The position numbers and the translations under genes were made by a program. A DNA stretch of 64,000 bases from the NCBI GenBank assembly GCA_965153285.1, contig OZ229110.1, one strand, 5' to 3'. This stretch comes from Podarcis tiliguerta (lineage: Eukaryota). The notes beneath the pieces are model-generated. The model was not told the DNA's origin and searched no databases. It worked only from the letters and a program-made list of their open reading frames with translations. How positions within the stretch are numbered: position 1 is the stretch's first letter; each line of letters begins with the position of its first letter. Below, piece by piece: positions 13,055-25,443 of the stretch.

Positions 13055-14712
13055 AGTCTTTTTACAAAAAAAAAAGGAAAGTCCTCTTTTTTGCGGGGGT
13101 GGGGTGGGGTGGGTTGACACCATGTTTCTGTGTCAAAGAGCTGCAAGCCCATGTGGTAGAGAAGCGCTGGCTGTGTAGGAGGATCGCAGCTAGCTAGGCC
13201 GCGCTGGGCCCAGTGCCACCATGGGAAGGAGCACAACAACACTGTGAGCTGTCACTGGAGGAAGGCCGCCACTTCGAGCTTGACAACGCTCAGTAGGCCA
13301 GGAAAAATCTGACAGACATTGACTGCAGGGCTGGGGTAAGGAGCTTGCTGTCCATTCAGATTTCCCTGCTGTTGTGTTTTTTTTAGGCCGATGGAGTGAA
13401 ACAAACTTGACGTCGGGGATATTTAAAACAACCGCTTTGGGCAAGGTGAGAATAAATACAGGGTTTCTCTGCCAAGAGAAGCTCGAGTGATATGGCGTTG
13501 AGCTCCAGATACCTGTCAGCTTTCCGGAGCCAAATGGTCTGTCACAGGAAAAGTCTCTGTTGAGTTTCCTGCCTCTCGGCTGGTAAAGAAGGGCTCGGAC
13601 TAAGACCGAGGACAGTTAAACAAAGCAGGATGTGGCAACAGGGCCTTTCCTCTTAGACTGGATTGTAGGTGTTATGGAGAGTGAATTTCCCCTGCAGTAG
13701 GAGGGAGGAACCTCTGGTCCACTGGATCCCCTGCTGTCATTTCCTCCAAGGCCCTACACCCTCCTTCGCCCTTCTGCTCTATTGCATCCCCATTTTCTTC
13801 ACTGCTTGGCTTTTGGGGGGGGGCAATGGGCTGAGCAGCACTGGGCTGAGGATGGGGGAATCTCACACAAAGCAAAGTTTCAATCAGGACAACCTTCTCC
13901 CCAGCCACCCTCACATTTGGCTGACTGGTGAGAAACAGTCCAAGCAGTGGGGTGGGGCTTCAGAACATCTTGCAGTCAAACTGCCCATGAGAGATTTGTG
14001 TGAATACAGTGTGGAAATGGCTTTAACCCTGTCCACTGCTGGCAGAACTTTGTCCCTTAATTGCCCAAACTCTTACATCATTTTTATCCAGTCCAGCAAT
14101 TAAAAAGGGGATGAATTCCATGCTGAATTTGTCTGATTGTTCTGTCAGCACAAGCATTTTGGCTTGCTAAATGAAACAGTCCCTCCTTTCCTCCTGTTGC
14201 ATGCTGTTCCCATCCACCCCCAAGCCAATTTTAGGGTATGGGGCAGCTAGGAGATTGGTGGGGGAGGGAGCCTTGTGTGCAAACCATAGCCCTTAGGCAG
14301 GGCTTCCACTGACGGGACTCATTCGTTCTATCGCGCCCTCTGTGTTTATTCTTAACTGGGCTTCTTATAGAAGACAATGTAGTCTTGCCTGCACCAACTT
14401 AAGAATACCTTGTAGGTAACAAGGGAAGGAAGCATTCCTAAACTGGAGGAGAGTGGATTCCTTCAGGCATTGATTGTGCCTCATATGTCCAAGATGGAAT
14501 GTGTGAGCAGGCAGACTAATGGTATTTTATTTTATTTGTCAGCTAGTATGTAACTTGTGCACATATTTGCATGGCTGTCACAATGGACCCTAAATCCCAC
14601 AGCAGAAGCTAACCTTGCATCTTAAACCAAGTCAAGTGTTACTGGGTGATTTCTCATCCCATCTGTCCTGGACAAGGAAAGCAAAGAACCTCCATTTGGT
14701 GTTGAGTAAATA

Positions 14713-15049
14713 GGGACGTGGGTGGCGCTGTAGGTTAAACCACACAGCCTAGGACTTGCCAATCAGAAGGTTGGCGGTTCGAATCCCCGCGACAGGGTGA
14801 GCTCCCATTGCTCGGTCCCAGCTCCTGCCAACCTAGCAGTTCAAAAGCACGTCAAAGTGCAAATAGATAAATAGGTACCGCTCTGGCGGGAAGGTAAATG
14901 GTGTTTCCGTGCACTGCTCTGGTTCACCAGCGGTGGCTTAGTCATGCTGGCCATGCTGGCTCCCTTGGCCAATAAAGCGAGATGAGTGCCGCAACCCCAG
15001 AATCGGTCACGACTGGACCTAATGGTCAGGGGTCTCTTTACCTTTACCT
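14713..15049 (+). mobile_element. Sauria SINE
   Basis: Head GGGACGTGGGTGGCGCTG with B box GGTTCGAATCCCC, characteristic body, and (ACCTTT)n tail. Four similar copies occur in the window. Confidence 0.9.
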
Positions 15050-16687
15050 ACATGGGCACCAAACAAGTCATCAACCCAATATTTTACCAGTGTGGAGAAA
15101 TGTCTTCAGTGTCTTTCACGGATGATCACTAGTCCCAAAGTTCATTTTAAGAAATATAGTTTACATTTTATTTCAGAGAGCTGGTGCTTCATTATGAAAT
15201 GATTCATGTGCAGAAGCACTTGACATATATATTTTATTTTTAACAAGCAGCAAACAACAGCAAGATTTCCCTTTCATATAGAATTCTTGTATGAAAATCA
15301 TTGGAACTTTCACTGGTTTGTGGTCGTGTTGTCTGGCAGCGGCCCTCCATTTTGCGGGCCTGTTTAATTACTGGAAGGCTGCTTACTTCCCCTCTCCAGG
15401 ACAACTTCCTTGTTTTTTGCTTTGTTTAAAGTAGTCACACCTATTCCTCATGCTCTCCATGCCACAAAGCTGCTACTTTCATTATGCCAGGAGCCAGAGA
15501 TTACTAGTGGGTCAAGGTCCTGGGCTTCCAATTAACTAGACAGGCAGGTGTCATGGCATTCCTCTTTCCCCGCCCCACAAACATTTAAGAAAGCAGGAAT
15601 GCAAATGCCATGAATATTTTACCAGCTGCTCCCTGGATTCCTTCAACTCATTTCTATCCCGAGTTGTTTTCATATTACCGTCAGAGAGAGACGGGTGAGT
15701 TGTCAAAAGCTTATTAAGTCATTTGCTGCTTTCTCTCGCAACAGGATTTTCCTTTTTTTAAAAAAAAAAGTTTCTAAACTGCATAGTGTTGTATTTCTTT
15801 TTCTACAGAAGGCAAAATATATAAGTGTATAAAGTCAATTAAATAAAATTACCTTAGAAGCAATTCAATAAATGCCATATTTTATGTTGCATGAACTGAA
15901 TGGGTTGATTTGGGTAAGTGTATCTCCTGAACATCGCTTTCTGCTGCTCTTAACAAGTGCTGGAAAGAAGAAGTTGACACATTGGCCATGTTTGGTTGCA
16001 TTCAGAGCTCTAGAAACTTACAGTAGCCTCTGCCAATCTGTTGCCCTACAGAGGTTTTGCACTACAACTCCCAGTGGTGGCTGGGGCTGATGGGCATTGT
16101 AATCGAGAACATCTGCAGGGTACCAGATGGGCAAAGGTGAGTTCAGGGGAATAGCTGGAAATCAGAAATCAGTTGTACTGTGTTAAATAGGGGTTTCTCT
16201 CTGGGCTTTATGAACGCAGCCTCAGTATCAAACACTGTTGAAGAGCTTTGGTGGCACCTTTTGCCATAATAAATTTATCGGGCTTAGGGTGCTGTGGGAC
16301 ACTTCTTTTTGCTGGAACAAACGTGACCACCCTTCTGGAAATCTGTAGAATCTGAAAGACATCAGGACTCTGCAATTTGCAACACAGAAGTGCTACATAT
16401 ATGATTTCTTTCTACATTCAGAATTGGCATGCTCCCACCTCTTTTGCAGAAACAGCTTTAGGCCAGTTTCCCACTGGGAAAGAGTTCTAGCTTACTGGTG
16501 AAGTGCCTGTTGCACCTGCAAAATGCCCCTTGCAGATTCCATATCCAGGTTGGGTCTGAAATGACACTTGTCTGCAATCAAGGAGAGCCACTGCCAAACA
16601 GTGTAAACCAGGAGTAACCCTCCATTTGGTGAACGGTCAACCTGGACTTGCATGACCAATGATCAGGGATGATGGCTATTGCGGTAC

Positions 16688-16792
16688 GATATGAGTTTGA
16701 CCAAACTGCAGGAGGCAGTGGAAGACAGGAGTGCCTGGAGTGCTGTGGTCCATGGGGTCACGAAGATTTGGACACGACTAAACAAACAACAA
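16688..16792 (+). mobile_element. BovB LINE 3' end fragment
   Basis: GATATGAGTTTGACCAAACT...GCCTGGAGTGCTGTGGTCCATGGGGTCACGAAGATTTGGACACGACT followed by a (CAA)n tail matches the BovB 3' terminus. Confidence 0.8.
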
Positions 16793-17012
16793 GATCTGGA
16801 GAGCAGCCTGCTAGTTGCCCACAATATCGCCAGTACTGAGCCAGGTGGATCAATAGTCTTGACTTGATATCCATTCGTTTCTTATGCTCCTAGCCCTGGC
16901 TCATTCTGATCTAGCGCTTCAAATATTGCTCAGCTTGGAGCTATTGGGCATCCCTGTGCGCTTTCCATCGAAATTAATAACAAGAGTTCTAATATTATGA
17001 GATGTGGGGGAA

Positions 17013-17152
17013 CCATAGAGTTGAAAGAGGCCCTGAGGATCATCTAGTCCAACCCCCTGCAATGCAGGAATATGCAGTTGTCAAATATGGGGACTGAACC
17101 TGCAAACTTGGCGTTATCAGCACCACGCTCTAACCAACTGAGCTATCCAGGC
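17013..17152 (-). mobile_element. tRNA-Ile-derived SINE with CR1-like 3' tail
   Basis: Minus strand TAGCTCAGTTGGTTAGAGCGTGGTGCTGATAACGCCAAG is tRNA-Ile-like (anticodon GAT). Tail GGGTTGGACTAGATGATC...CAACTCTATG resembles the CR1 3' end at about 49540-49585. Confidence 0.8.
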
Positions 17153-18275
17153 CCTCTAAATCTTTTCCACTTTATCTATGCCTGCATAATTTTACCATAG
17201 TCTCTCTTACCTTTTCCCTAAACACCAAATCCCATTTATTACCACTGGGTTGGTGCAAAATATATTTGTCTTCTAGGATCTGTTCACACCGCACCTTATC
17301 TTTCTCTCCGCTCACCATTGTATCCCAGTGGCCTCTTACTTCCATGATGACACAGCTTGCCCTTCTGCCTCCCTGCAACTCCTCTCCCACGTGGGTCAAG
17401 TGACCTAGATTGGGAAACTCTTGGCACTGAAGCTGCCCTAACCTCTCAACCTCTTGGTGGAGGCAGCTGTTGTAGGTTTAGGCGGCTATTCTGCTAAGGC
17501 CAGCAAAAGAGCCTCCACATGGTCTTTTGCAGGCATGCTGCCCAGTCAGTACCTATTGACAAAGGGGCCTCTAAGGGTCTTTGTGTTCCTGCAGGGACAG
17601 CTGCCTGAATGCCTGCCCATCCCTCCTCCTTGCTCTCCCCCCAGTGCACCCCTTCGCTGATCGGAACAAAATCCCTGCCCCAGGCGCTTGAGCTCCCTAG
17701 AATTCCTCAGTTAATGCAGCATAATTGCTACCAGACCTGCACAGGGCTGGAAATGCTGCAGGAAGATTGGAACCAGACTCTGGGGCAGGGGAAGAAGCTC
17801 CCTTGGGCAGACAGCGCGCAGGGCAGTGCCCAGCTAACCTGGGTCAAAGTGCGGGTTGAGTCTCCAGGGGCCCCAGAGGAGCTCATTCAGGATTGGTCCC
17901 AAAGTCATGAAAACTAGACAGAGAGTCACCCTCTTCAGATCCATCCCATTACTTTGGCCGAGTGAGGCGTCCATTTCCTTTTGCCCAGGGAACCCTCTAA
18001 TCATAGGAAAGGATCATTTGTAGGCTCCTGTGGGGGCAGTTTTCCTGCCTCGACCCAGCAGAAGAAGCTTGCAAAGTTTACTCAGCACATTCCATGCTGG
18101 AGAGGAAAAGTGTGGCGTCCTTGTCAATCGGCCATGATTCTTGCACTCAACCAGGAACTTCTCATAAACCATTGGCCTTTTGGGATGGGGCTGATGGAAG
18201 ATGGAGCCTCATGCACTGAGAGGGCTACAGAGCCCCATCCTTGTTTCATAATTTCAAATTTAATCCACCCTAAAC

Positions 18276-18592
18276 GGGACGCGGGCTTGCCGATCAGAAG
18301 GTTGGCGGTTCAAATCCCCGCAATGGGGTGAGCTCCCGTTGCTCAGTCCCTGCTCCTGCCAACCTAGCAGTTCGAAAGCACATCAAAGTGCAAGTAGATA
18401 AATAGGTACTGCTCCAGCGGGAAGGTAAACGGTGTTTCCGTGCGCTGCTCTGGTTTGCCAGAAGCGGCTTAGTCATGCTGGCCACATGACCCGGAAGCTG
18501 TATGCCGGCTCTCCCAGCCAATAAAGCGAGAAGAGCGCCACAATTTCAGTCGGCCACGACTGGACCTAATGGTCAGGGGTCCCTTACCTTTA
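18276..18592 (+). mobile_element. Sauria SINE (deletion in head)
   Basis: Same body as the 14713 copy. Flanked by the duplicated sequence CCTAAAC. Confidence 0.88.
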
Positions 18593-18673
18593 TGCCTAAA
18601 CTGCTTGCATGTGAGTATTGAAAGAGGACCCAAAAAAAATGACCCAAAGAGCTAATATATTTACTTCAATTAC

Positions 18674-18679
18674 TTTATT
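18674..18679 (-). terminator. Candidate CHRM4 polyadenylation signal
   Basis: TTTATT on + (AATAAA on -) followed on the minus strand by U/GU-rich sequence, implying a 3'UTR of about 2.1 kb. An alternative signal lies at about 19855. Confidence 0.5.
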
Positions 18680-19349
18680 GGTTTAAGTGGGGCCCGCTGT
18701 TAGTTGTAACAATTAAAAAAACCTGCAAGGCATTTGGGGCAACATGATGCAAATTATTCTAAAGGCAGTGGCAGTATGGCTGCCTCCCCAGCAGAATGAA
18801 GCAGCAGCCTTTGGCCAACTACAATGGCGTCTCGCAGGCTGAGAGTCCTTCACCATGAGATGGAGACTTCCGTGCCTGTGTACACTGGCCCAGGCTATGC
18901 CAGGTCCTTGATCTGCATTTCTCGCTGACGTGCCTGAGGGTGCAGACACCCTCTGGGCTCTGGAGAAACTGAGCAACCGCTGGAATGGGTTGTTCTGTGC
19001 TGGACATCATGAATATCCTGGGATTTAGGCTGTACACTTTACACCGGAGCCCACATGCTGAGGACTCCATGACGACACCGACTAGAAGGGAGGTTAAGTC
19101 CATTTACAAAGCTCGGTGGCTATCTTCTTGATATGCCCACAGGCACTTGGAGCAGAAGCAAGCGGGGAGGTCTCTAGTTTCCCTCCCCCAGCCCCTATAA
19201 GCAGGGATGAAGAAACTGCAGCCCTCCAGCAGTTGCTGCACTACAACTCCCATCATCCTTGGCCATTGTCCATGCTGGCTGCAGCTGATGGGAGCTGGAG
19301 TCCAACATCATGATGAGGGTCACCTGTTGCCCATTCCTACCCTACAGAG

Positions 19350-19485
19350 AAGCCTTTCCCAACCACGGGTTCCCAGACAGTCTCAGACTGCAACTCCCAT
19401 TATCCCTGACCACTGGGCATGCTGGCTAGGAATGATGGGAGTTGTAGTCCAACAACATCTTGGAACCCAAGGTTGAGAAAGGCTT
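19350..19485. mobile_element. Palindromic hAT-type MITE (abundant squamate family)
   Basis: TIR AAGCCTTTCCCAACC / GGTTGAGAAAGGCTT, TSD CTACAGAG / CTAGAGAG, internal ACTGCAACTCCCAT...ATGGGAGTTGTAGT palindrome. Related copies near 9960-10095, 16027-16135, 19200-19335, 24150-24290, 36480-36600, 41290-41420, 57400-57470, 61070-61155 and 62920-63045. Confidence 0.8.
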
Positions 19486-20254
19486 CTAGAGAGGAACCAA
19501 AAATCTCTTCGGTAAAGGGCGTCTCCCTTAACCGAGTGCTTGGAGCCAGGAGGACACTGTGGTGCAGCTGGCATCTAAAAAAAGCAACCCAAAATGAAGG
19601 GAAACCCTGTTTACATTAAAAGAGGCGACATGGCCTTTGAAAGTCTCCCCAGTACAGGAATATCCCGCTATCGCAGATGCCTGGTGCAACGTTATCCTCC
19701 AAGGGCCTTGTCAAGCATTTGCCGCCTCAAGGACAGTCGCTCTTCACATCGACACAAATACCTTTGTAGAAGCATTTCCCTTGGCATGTGGTCAAAAATG
19801 TCACAGTGCTGACTCTGTCTCTCTGTGCGTGCGCACATGTGCCGTTTGCGATTTTTTATTGTTCAAAACAACTCAGGTGTGTCATTGTTTCAAGGTAGGA
19901 ATGAGTTTCTCCGTTCAGCAGGCTGGCTGGCGGGCACAGCTGCCTGCCGCGGGGAGACAAGATGGAGTCAGCACAGGATGAAAGTTCCTTAGGAAGCCTC
20001 TTAAGCAGGCAGGTTTGGTTCCAGCTGTAGAGTACTCTCCCTGAGGGGAACAAATCCCACTGGAAACTCAACCGGGAAAAGGGCTAGGATGTATGAAAGG
20101 GATTAAGTGTGCCTTGGTTGGTCATCTAGTCTTAGCATGCCCAGCCTAAGGCTCCAAGCAGAATCCACTGCCAGCTTGGTGGCTGGTGATGAGACAGTCC
20201 CCTTCTGCCTGCACATTCATAGTTTATGATTTTGTTAGCATTGCTAAACCTTCC

Positions 20255-20256
<2 letters not shown>

Positions 20257-20322
<66 letters not shown>
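20257..20322. repeat. Compound (CT)n(CA)n microsatellite in the CHRM4 3'UTR region
   Basis: Seen directly in the sequence. Confidence 0.95.
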
Positions 20323-20323
<1 letters not shown>

Positions 20324-20776
20324 CACAAGTGCAAAACCACCAAGACATCCATGGAAAGGAATAACTTCCATTTACAAGTTTGTGTGTCCCACTTAGCACA
20401 GCAGCATAGGCATCAGAAAGGGAGACTGCTTTTATCTAGTGATATCAAAGGTTAATGGAAGTTCAGCCAGCATTTCAGGAGGAACAAGGCAGGGATTGGG
20501 GTCCACGAAGTCTGTCCATGACACCTTATTGCAGCATCCAGTCCCTGACTTATTTCTCCTTCGTTTTCTGGAGAAGCGCAGTCAGGGGTCGTAGAGGCGC
20601 AAGGACTGCTTTGTGACTCGAAGGCCGATCAGGATTAAAAGGGTTGTGTCTTATCTCTGGTTTTAATTTTGCATTTGGTGAAAGGCTCCCTCTGGAATCC
20701 AGCGACACAGTTGCAGCAGTACATCTGTCTGGTTGGAGAAGAAAAGAACAGGTCTCCACAACACCCCGCCTCCAGA

Positions 20777-22189
20777 TTATCTTGCCGTGCCGATGTTCCT
20801 GTACTGACACATGAGAAGGTGCTTAAAGGTTTTCTTGAAGGTGGCATTGCAAAGAGCGTAACAAGCTGGGTTGATGGTACTGTTGACATAGCACAGCCAG
20901 TAGCCGATGTACCAGACCGTGTCAGGGACACAATAATCGCAGAAGGTATTAATGAGGACCATCACATTGTAAGGCGTCCATGTCAGGATGAAGGCCAGTA
21001 AGATGGCAAAGATGGTTCTGGTGACTTTCTTCTCCCGGGCTGCCATTTGACGCTTCTTCCTGACCTGACTCCTGGCAATGCTAGCAAATTTCCTGGCAAC
21101 ATTCGCTGGACGGCTGTTGGACAAGGTGATTGGAGTGGAGCTGGCTTCTTTGTCTGGGACAATCTCAATGGCGGTGACACATTCAGTTCCGGTTTGCTTT
21201 GTGACAATCTTGATTTTGGACCACTTGGAGGCAGGGTTAAGCCGTGTCGGGGCTGGACTCTGCCCTTGATCAGCCGGTGCAATTTCCAGCACTGGCTTCT
21301 CTTTGTTGGTCTGGGTGATGCTCACCGTGCTGGATTCATTGGACGTCTCCTTCTCCTCCTGGTGGCCAGTGGTCTCTGACTGCTGTAAGGGCTGCTCTTC
21401 TACTTTCCCATTTTTTGCCTCCTCCTTCACCTCCACCGCTTTCTTCGGAGAGTTGTTGTTATTCTGCTTGACCAGAGGGCTCTTCAGGAAGCCGAGTGAC
21501 TTGGACTTCTTCTCCTTCTTGCTCTCAGGCTTGTGTCTTCTGATGCGGCTCCGGCTGGCCAGCGAAATGTGGATGTAGAGCACAGTCATGATGACCACGG
21601 GGAGGTAGAAAGCCGCGATGGCTGTGCCAAAGGTCACCGCCGGGTTGGAGAGGAACTGGATGTAACACTGCTCTTTCTCAACTGTCCTCTCCCCAACAAT
21701 GAACTGCCAAAACAAGATGGCGGGCGCCCAGAGGATAAAGGACAATATCCAAGCGACTGCAATCATCAGCCCGGCCATTTTGGTTGTCCGCCTAGCTGGG
21801 TAGGTCAGGGGCTTGGTGACACAGAAGTAGCGGTCAAAACTGATGATGAGCAAGTTCATGACAGAGGCGTTGCTCACCACGTAGTCCAGAGCCAGCCAGA
21901 GGTCACAGACCACAGCCCCTAGTGGCCAATAGCCCTTGATGATGTAGACTGTGTAGAGGTTCATGGAAAAGACTCCAATTATCAGGTCAGCACAGGCCAG
22001 GCTGAAGAGGAAGTAGTTGTTGACAGTCTGAAGCTGGCGGTTCACTTTGATGGACAGCATGACCAAGATATTCCCTACCACGGTGACGAGGCTAAGCGAC
22101 CCCGTGACGGTGGCTATGAAGACCATCTCCACCGTCTTATACTTGGGGGTGTCCTCCTTTGTGAAGTTGTCATTGGTGAAGTTGGGCAT
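20777..22189 (-). CDS. CHRM4: Muscarinic acetylcholine receptor M4 (class A GPCR, 470 aa from the ATG of MPNFTND)
   Basis: 7-TM protein with muscarinic motifs ([28 protein letters not shown]), an M4-type i3 loop and the C-terminus [10 protein letters not shown]. Lies next to MDK as in other vertebrates. The ORF-track start at 22210 is TTG; the first ATG is at 22189. Confidence 0.98.
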   Translation of the reverse strand: MPNFTNDNFTKEDTPKYKTVEMVFIATVTGSLSLVTVVGNILVMLSIKVNRQLQTVNNYFLFSLACADLIIGVFSMNLYTVYIIKGYWPLGAVVCDLWLALDYVVSNASVMNLLIISFDRYFCVTKPLTYPARRTTKMAGLMIAVAWILSFILWAPAILFWQFIVGERTVEKEQCYIQFLSNPAVTFGTAIAAFYLPVVIMTVLYIHISLASRSRIRRHKPESKKEKKSKSLGFLKSPLVKQNNNNSPKKAVEVKEEAKNGKVEEQPLQQSETTGHQEEKETSNESSTVSITQTNKEKPVLEIAPADQGQSPAPTRLNPASKWSKIKIVTKQTGTECVTAIEIVPDKEASSTPITLSNSRPANVARKFASIARSQVRKKRQMAAREKKVTRTIFAILLAFILTWTPYNVMVLINTFCDYCVPDTVWYIGYWLCYVNSTINPACYALCNATFKKTFKHLLMCQYRNIGTAR

Positions 22190-22224
22190 CTTTATCAGCT
22201 GAGAAGACAAGTTGTATGCAGAAT

Positions 22225-22250
22225 CTGCAGAAAGAGAGGCGGGGAGAGAA
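22225..22250 (-). other. CHRM4: Splice acceptor of the CHRM4 coding exon (exon starts at 22224)
   Basis: Minus strand reads TTCTCTCCCCGCCTCTCTTTCTGCAG|ATTC, a strong pyrimidine tract 35 nt upstream of the ATG. Confidence 0.85.
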
Positions 22251-23169
22251 AGACATTGAAGAAATATTATGCATCTGCAACACTTGGTCAGGAATGTCAG
22301 TGTGGTGCAAGCCTTGAAGGGTCAGATGAGAGCTGGGGAGACCCAGGCTCAGATCCCCATGCAGTAATGAAGCTCACACTTTGGTCCTGTTGACTAGTCC
22401 AGGCATTAAGATGTGGAACAATACCTTGTTGAAAGGTATCTGTGCACTTCCATCTCCTAGACTTGGTCTGTGTTTGAAGCACATGACTTCCCCCTTCCCA
22501 AATCCTGGGAACTGTAGTTTAAGGCTGCTGGGAACTGTAGCACCGTGGGGGCTAGTTCCTGGGATTTTTTGGGTGATGCCATGGGCTTTAAAGGTCTAGT
22601 GTGAATGCAGCCTCAGAAAACATTTCAACCTGGCCAGCCTACCCAGCAACAGCTAAAGCAAACCTGAATGTTACTACCAGGAAGTTGTAGGAGGCAAACT
22701 GGGAAAGAAGCCAGTGTCCTGTTCCACCCCTGGACGGATTGTCAGCTCAGCCAGAACAGCCGTGTCTCTTCAAAGCCCAGCATTTTCCCAGGCCTGTGTT
22801 ATCTTTAACCCATGTCTGAAAAATCCTTCTGTACTGTTTCCATCTGCCCCCAAATCTCTCCGGCCCTCTCCAAGGGAGCTATTTATGGCAGCAGCTTGCC
22901 TGGTGGAGTGGGGCAGCCTCAGAAGGAGCTCACAACCTTTCCCAAATTATTTCATGAGTTTATGTAGATGCACGGAGCTCCAGAGAAAACAAGTGAGATT
23001 GGGGAGGGGGGTTGTGACCATCTAATAGGCTTGTGGATCCTGCATTCTGTAAGGTTTTGCTGAGGGGAGCCCACCCTCTGCTGGATATTCTTGGTATTGT
23101 ACCATTGCAGTCAGCAGCCCGAGGACTTCTGCAAAGGCCGGCTCTTTTCCAGCAGAGTGTGCCCTTATA

Positions 23170-23386
23170 CAGTGGTACCTCGGGTTACAGACGCTTCAGT
23201 TTACAGACGCTTCAGGTTACAGACTCCGCTAACCCTGAAATAATACTTTGCTTCAGGATGAGAACAGAAATCGTGCGGCGGCAGTGGGAGGTCCCAATAG
23301 CTATAGTGGTACCTCAGGTTAAGAACAGTTTCAGGTTAAGAACGGACCTCCGGAACGAATTAAGTTCTTAACCCGAGGTACCACTG
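23170..23386. mobile_element. Tc1/mariner (pogo/Tigger-like) MITE
   Basis: TIR CAGTGGTACCTCGGGTTA / TAACCCGAGGTACCACTG with a TA duplication on both sides. Confidence 0.9.
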
Positions 23387-25387
23387 TAGAAGACTTTTCC
23401 TCGGCCTGGGGACACATTCTTCTGTGCAAGTTGGAGAAATGTTGCTGTTTGCCTGTGATACAACATTTGGCTTAGCTTGCAGTAGAATGTGGGCCACTGT
23501 AGCCACTTAAAATGAGTCAGTTTCCCTAAATTGTGTGCAGACAGTCTGTCAGGGCTTGTGGAATGCCCTATGGGACCCGTGGGATTTTACTGGTACTTTC
23601 AGCATGGCCGCAAATGCTTTTGGGGAGCAATTGCCTAGATTTCCTACAGAGGCGGTTTTAAGGTGGAGCGACCGGTGCAGTCACAGTGGGAGCTACAATG
23701 CAGGGGCACGGAAACAACGCAGCAGGGTGGAGCGTGACAGGCAGGGGGAGCTGAATTTCAACATCACATAGGGCACTGCTGAAATTTGTGAGCCCAAAGT
23801 CCACCACTGTTTCTTTGCACTGTTGTGCCCAGTGTACCACATTGCACCATTCCTGGCTTAAGATGGAAGCACGCTTGTGCAAATCCTTTTTCTCCTTCCT
23901 GTCATATCGAACGCACTGTGGACTGCATTAGGGCTGCCATATGTCCAGAATTTCCAAGACATAACCGGAATACTGTGGTTGGCAGCAGTGGCCGGGCGGA
24001 AATAAGCCCCCCCCCCAAAAAAGTCCAGGAAAATCCAGACATTTAGCAGCCCGTGCTGATTTTCCATAAAAATAGCTCCAAAACGGCATATTCTGTTTTG
24101 CAATTTTGCCAAAAAAAGCTCAACAACTTTGATAAGGAAGGCACAAATTCCTCCTCACTGAGGGTTTGGGAATCTGTGATTGCAGCTGTTGGTAGACTGC
24201 CCCTGTCAGCATGGTCAATGGGCAGGTCTGATGGCAGTTATAGTCCAAAAACATGGGGGAGGGGCACCAGGTTGGGAAAAGTTGCTTCATATCAATGTTC
24301 TGATCATTAATATATTTACTCAGAATGAAGTCACACTGGTTTCAATATTGTTTCCGTCCATAGGTTATGTGCAAAAATGTAATGAAAATAAATATTACAA
24401 AAATAAGGCTTGCATACAAATGTTTAGGACTGCAGCCTTAATTCTAATTTAAGATTCTATTTTCATTATTATTTGTCTTCCCCAGGTGCTTCTAAAATTC
24501 AAGAGAACAAGAGAACAATAAGAGGAAGCCTCCTTGATCTGTCTCTGAGAAGTAGGATCTGAGTGGGTAGAAAGGATTGCTTTTAGCAGTGGCATAACAG
24601 AACATACAGCTCAACCGGGGGGGGGGGGATTTCTGAGCATAGCGATGCAGCGATGGAAAGTTTTACCTGTTGAATTTCTGCATGTTATGCAGCTCTTAAA
24701 GACGTAGGAATGTTGGCAGAAAAAAGGGAGCAAGCAATCACAGGTACCAGGTTGCCTCAGAGGTCTCTTGACAAATAGTTCAGTAAAATAATCCAGATCG
24801 CTCAAGTAAGTGACTCATAAGTCAGGCTAGTGAAGCAAGTGAGAATAATATTAATAGTATTCCCTGTTCAGAGAGAGAGAAGGAGGCAACTCTGAGGTGA
24901 AAAGGGCAGCGGGGGGTGGGGAGCAAAATGGCGCTGAAACAAATACTGTATTGAAAGGATGGGTGAAATCTACCTCTAGACAAGGTTACATCTATTTACT
25001 CTAAATTCAGCTGGGACTGAATGAGTTATTATTGTTATTCCTGACTAAATTTAAATGGCTGCCTATCAATAAACCTCCTCTGGTAGCTTACAAAACACAC
25101 AAAAAACCAAATTTCATACTACGTTTATAAATACAAAGTTCAGTAAGTAAAACAACCAAAATCAGTAGCAATTGGTGCGATGCAGCGACAGGTCTTTCAT
25201 TTGCCCTCGCTGATTAAAATTGGCACCCACCAGTTAATCAGTCAAAGTTTTAGTTTGTTAATCTACCAATTGAACCAATTAAACCCTGCAGTCCTAGCTG
25301 AAAAACTCTTGCCCGATCAGAAAAGCAATTTGACTATTCCATCACATACATGAACAAGCTTTTGCAAGATAATTCCTAACTTTTGAC

Positions 25388-25406
25388 GGGGGGGGGGGGG
25401 GAGGCG

Positions 25407-25441
<35 letters not shown>
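25388..25441. repeat. Poly-G plus (GA)n microsatellite
   Basis: Seen directly in the sequence. Confidence 0.9.

Positions 25442-25443
<2 letters not shown>

Noticed and set aside
17085-17152. Functional tRNA-Ile(GAT) gene
   Set aside because: The T-arm and acceptor stem are degenerate and the sequence runs directly into a CR1-like tail, so it is a SINE head.
20635-21922. Antisense and alternate-frame ORFs over CHRM4
   Set aside because: These are shadow ORFs of a GC3-rich coding sequence.
22190-22210. ORF-track start of CHRM4 at 22210
   Set aside because: That codon is TTG; the first ATG is at 22189.
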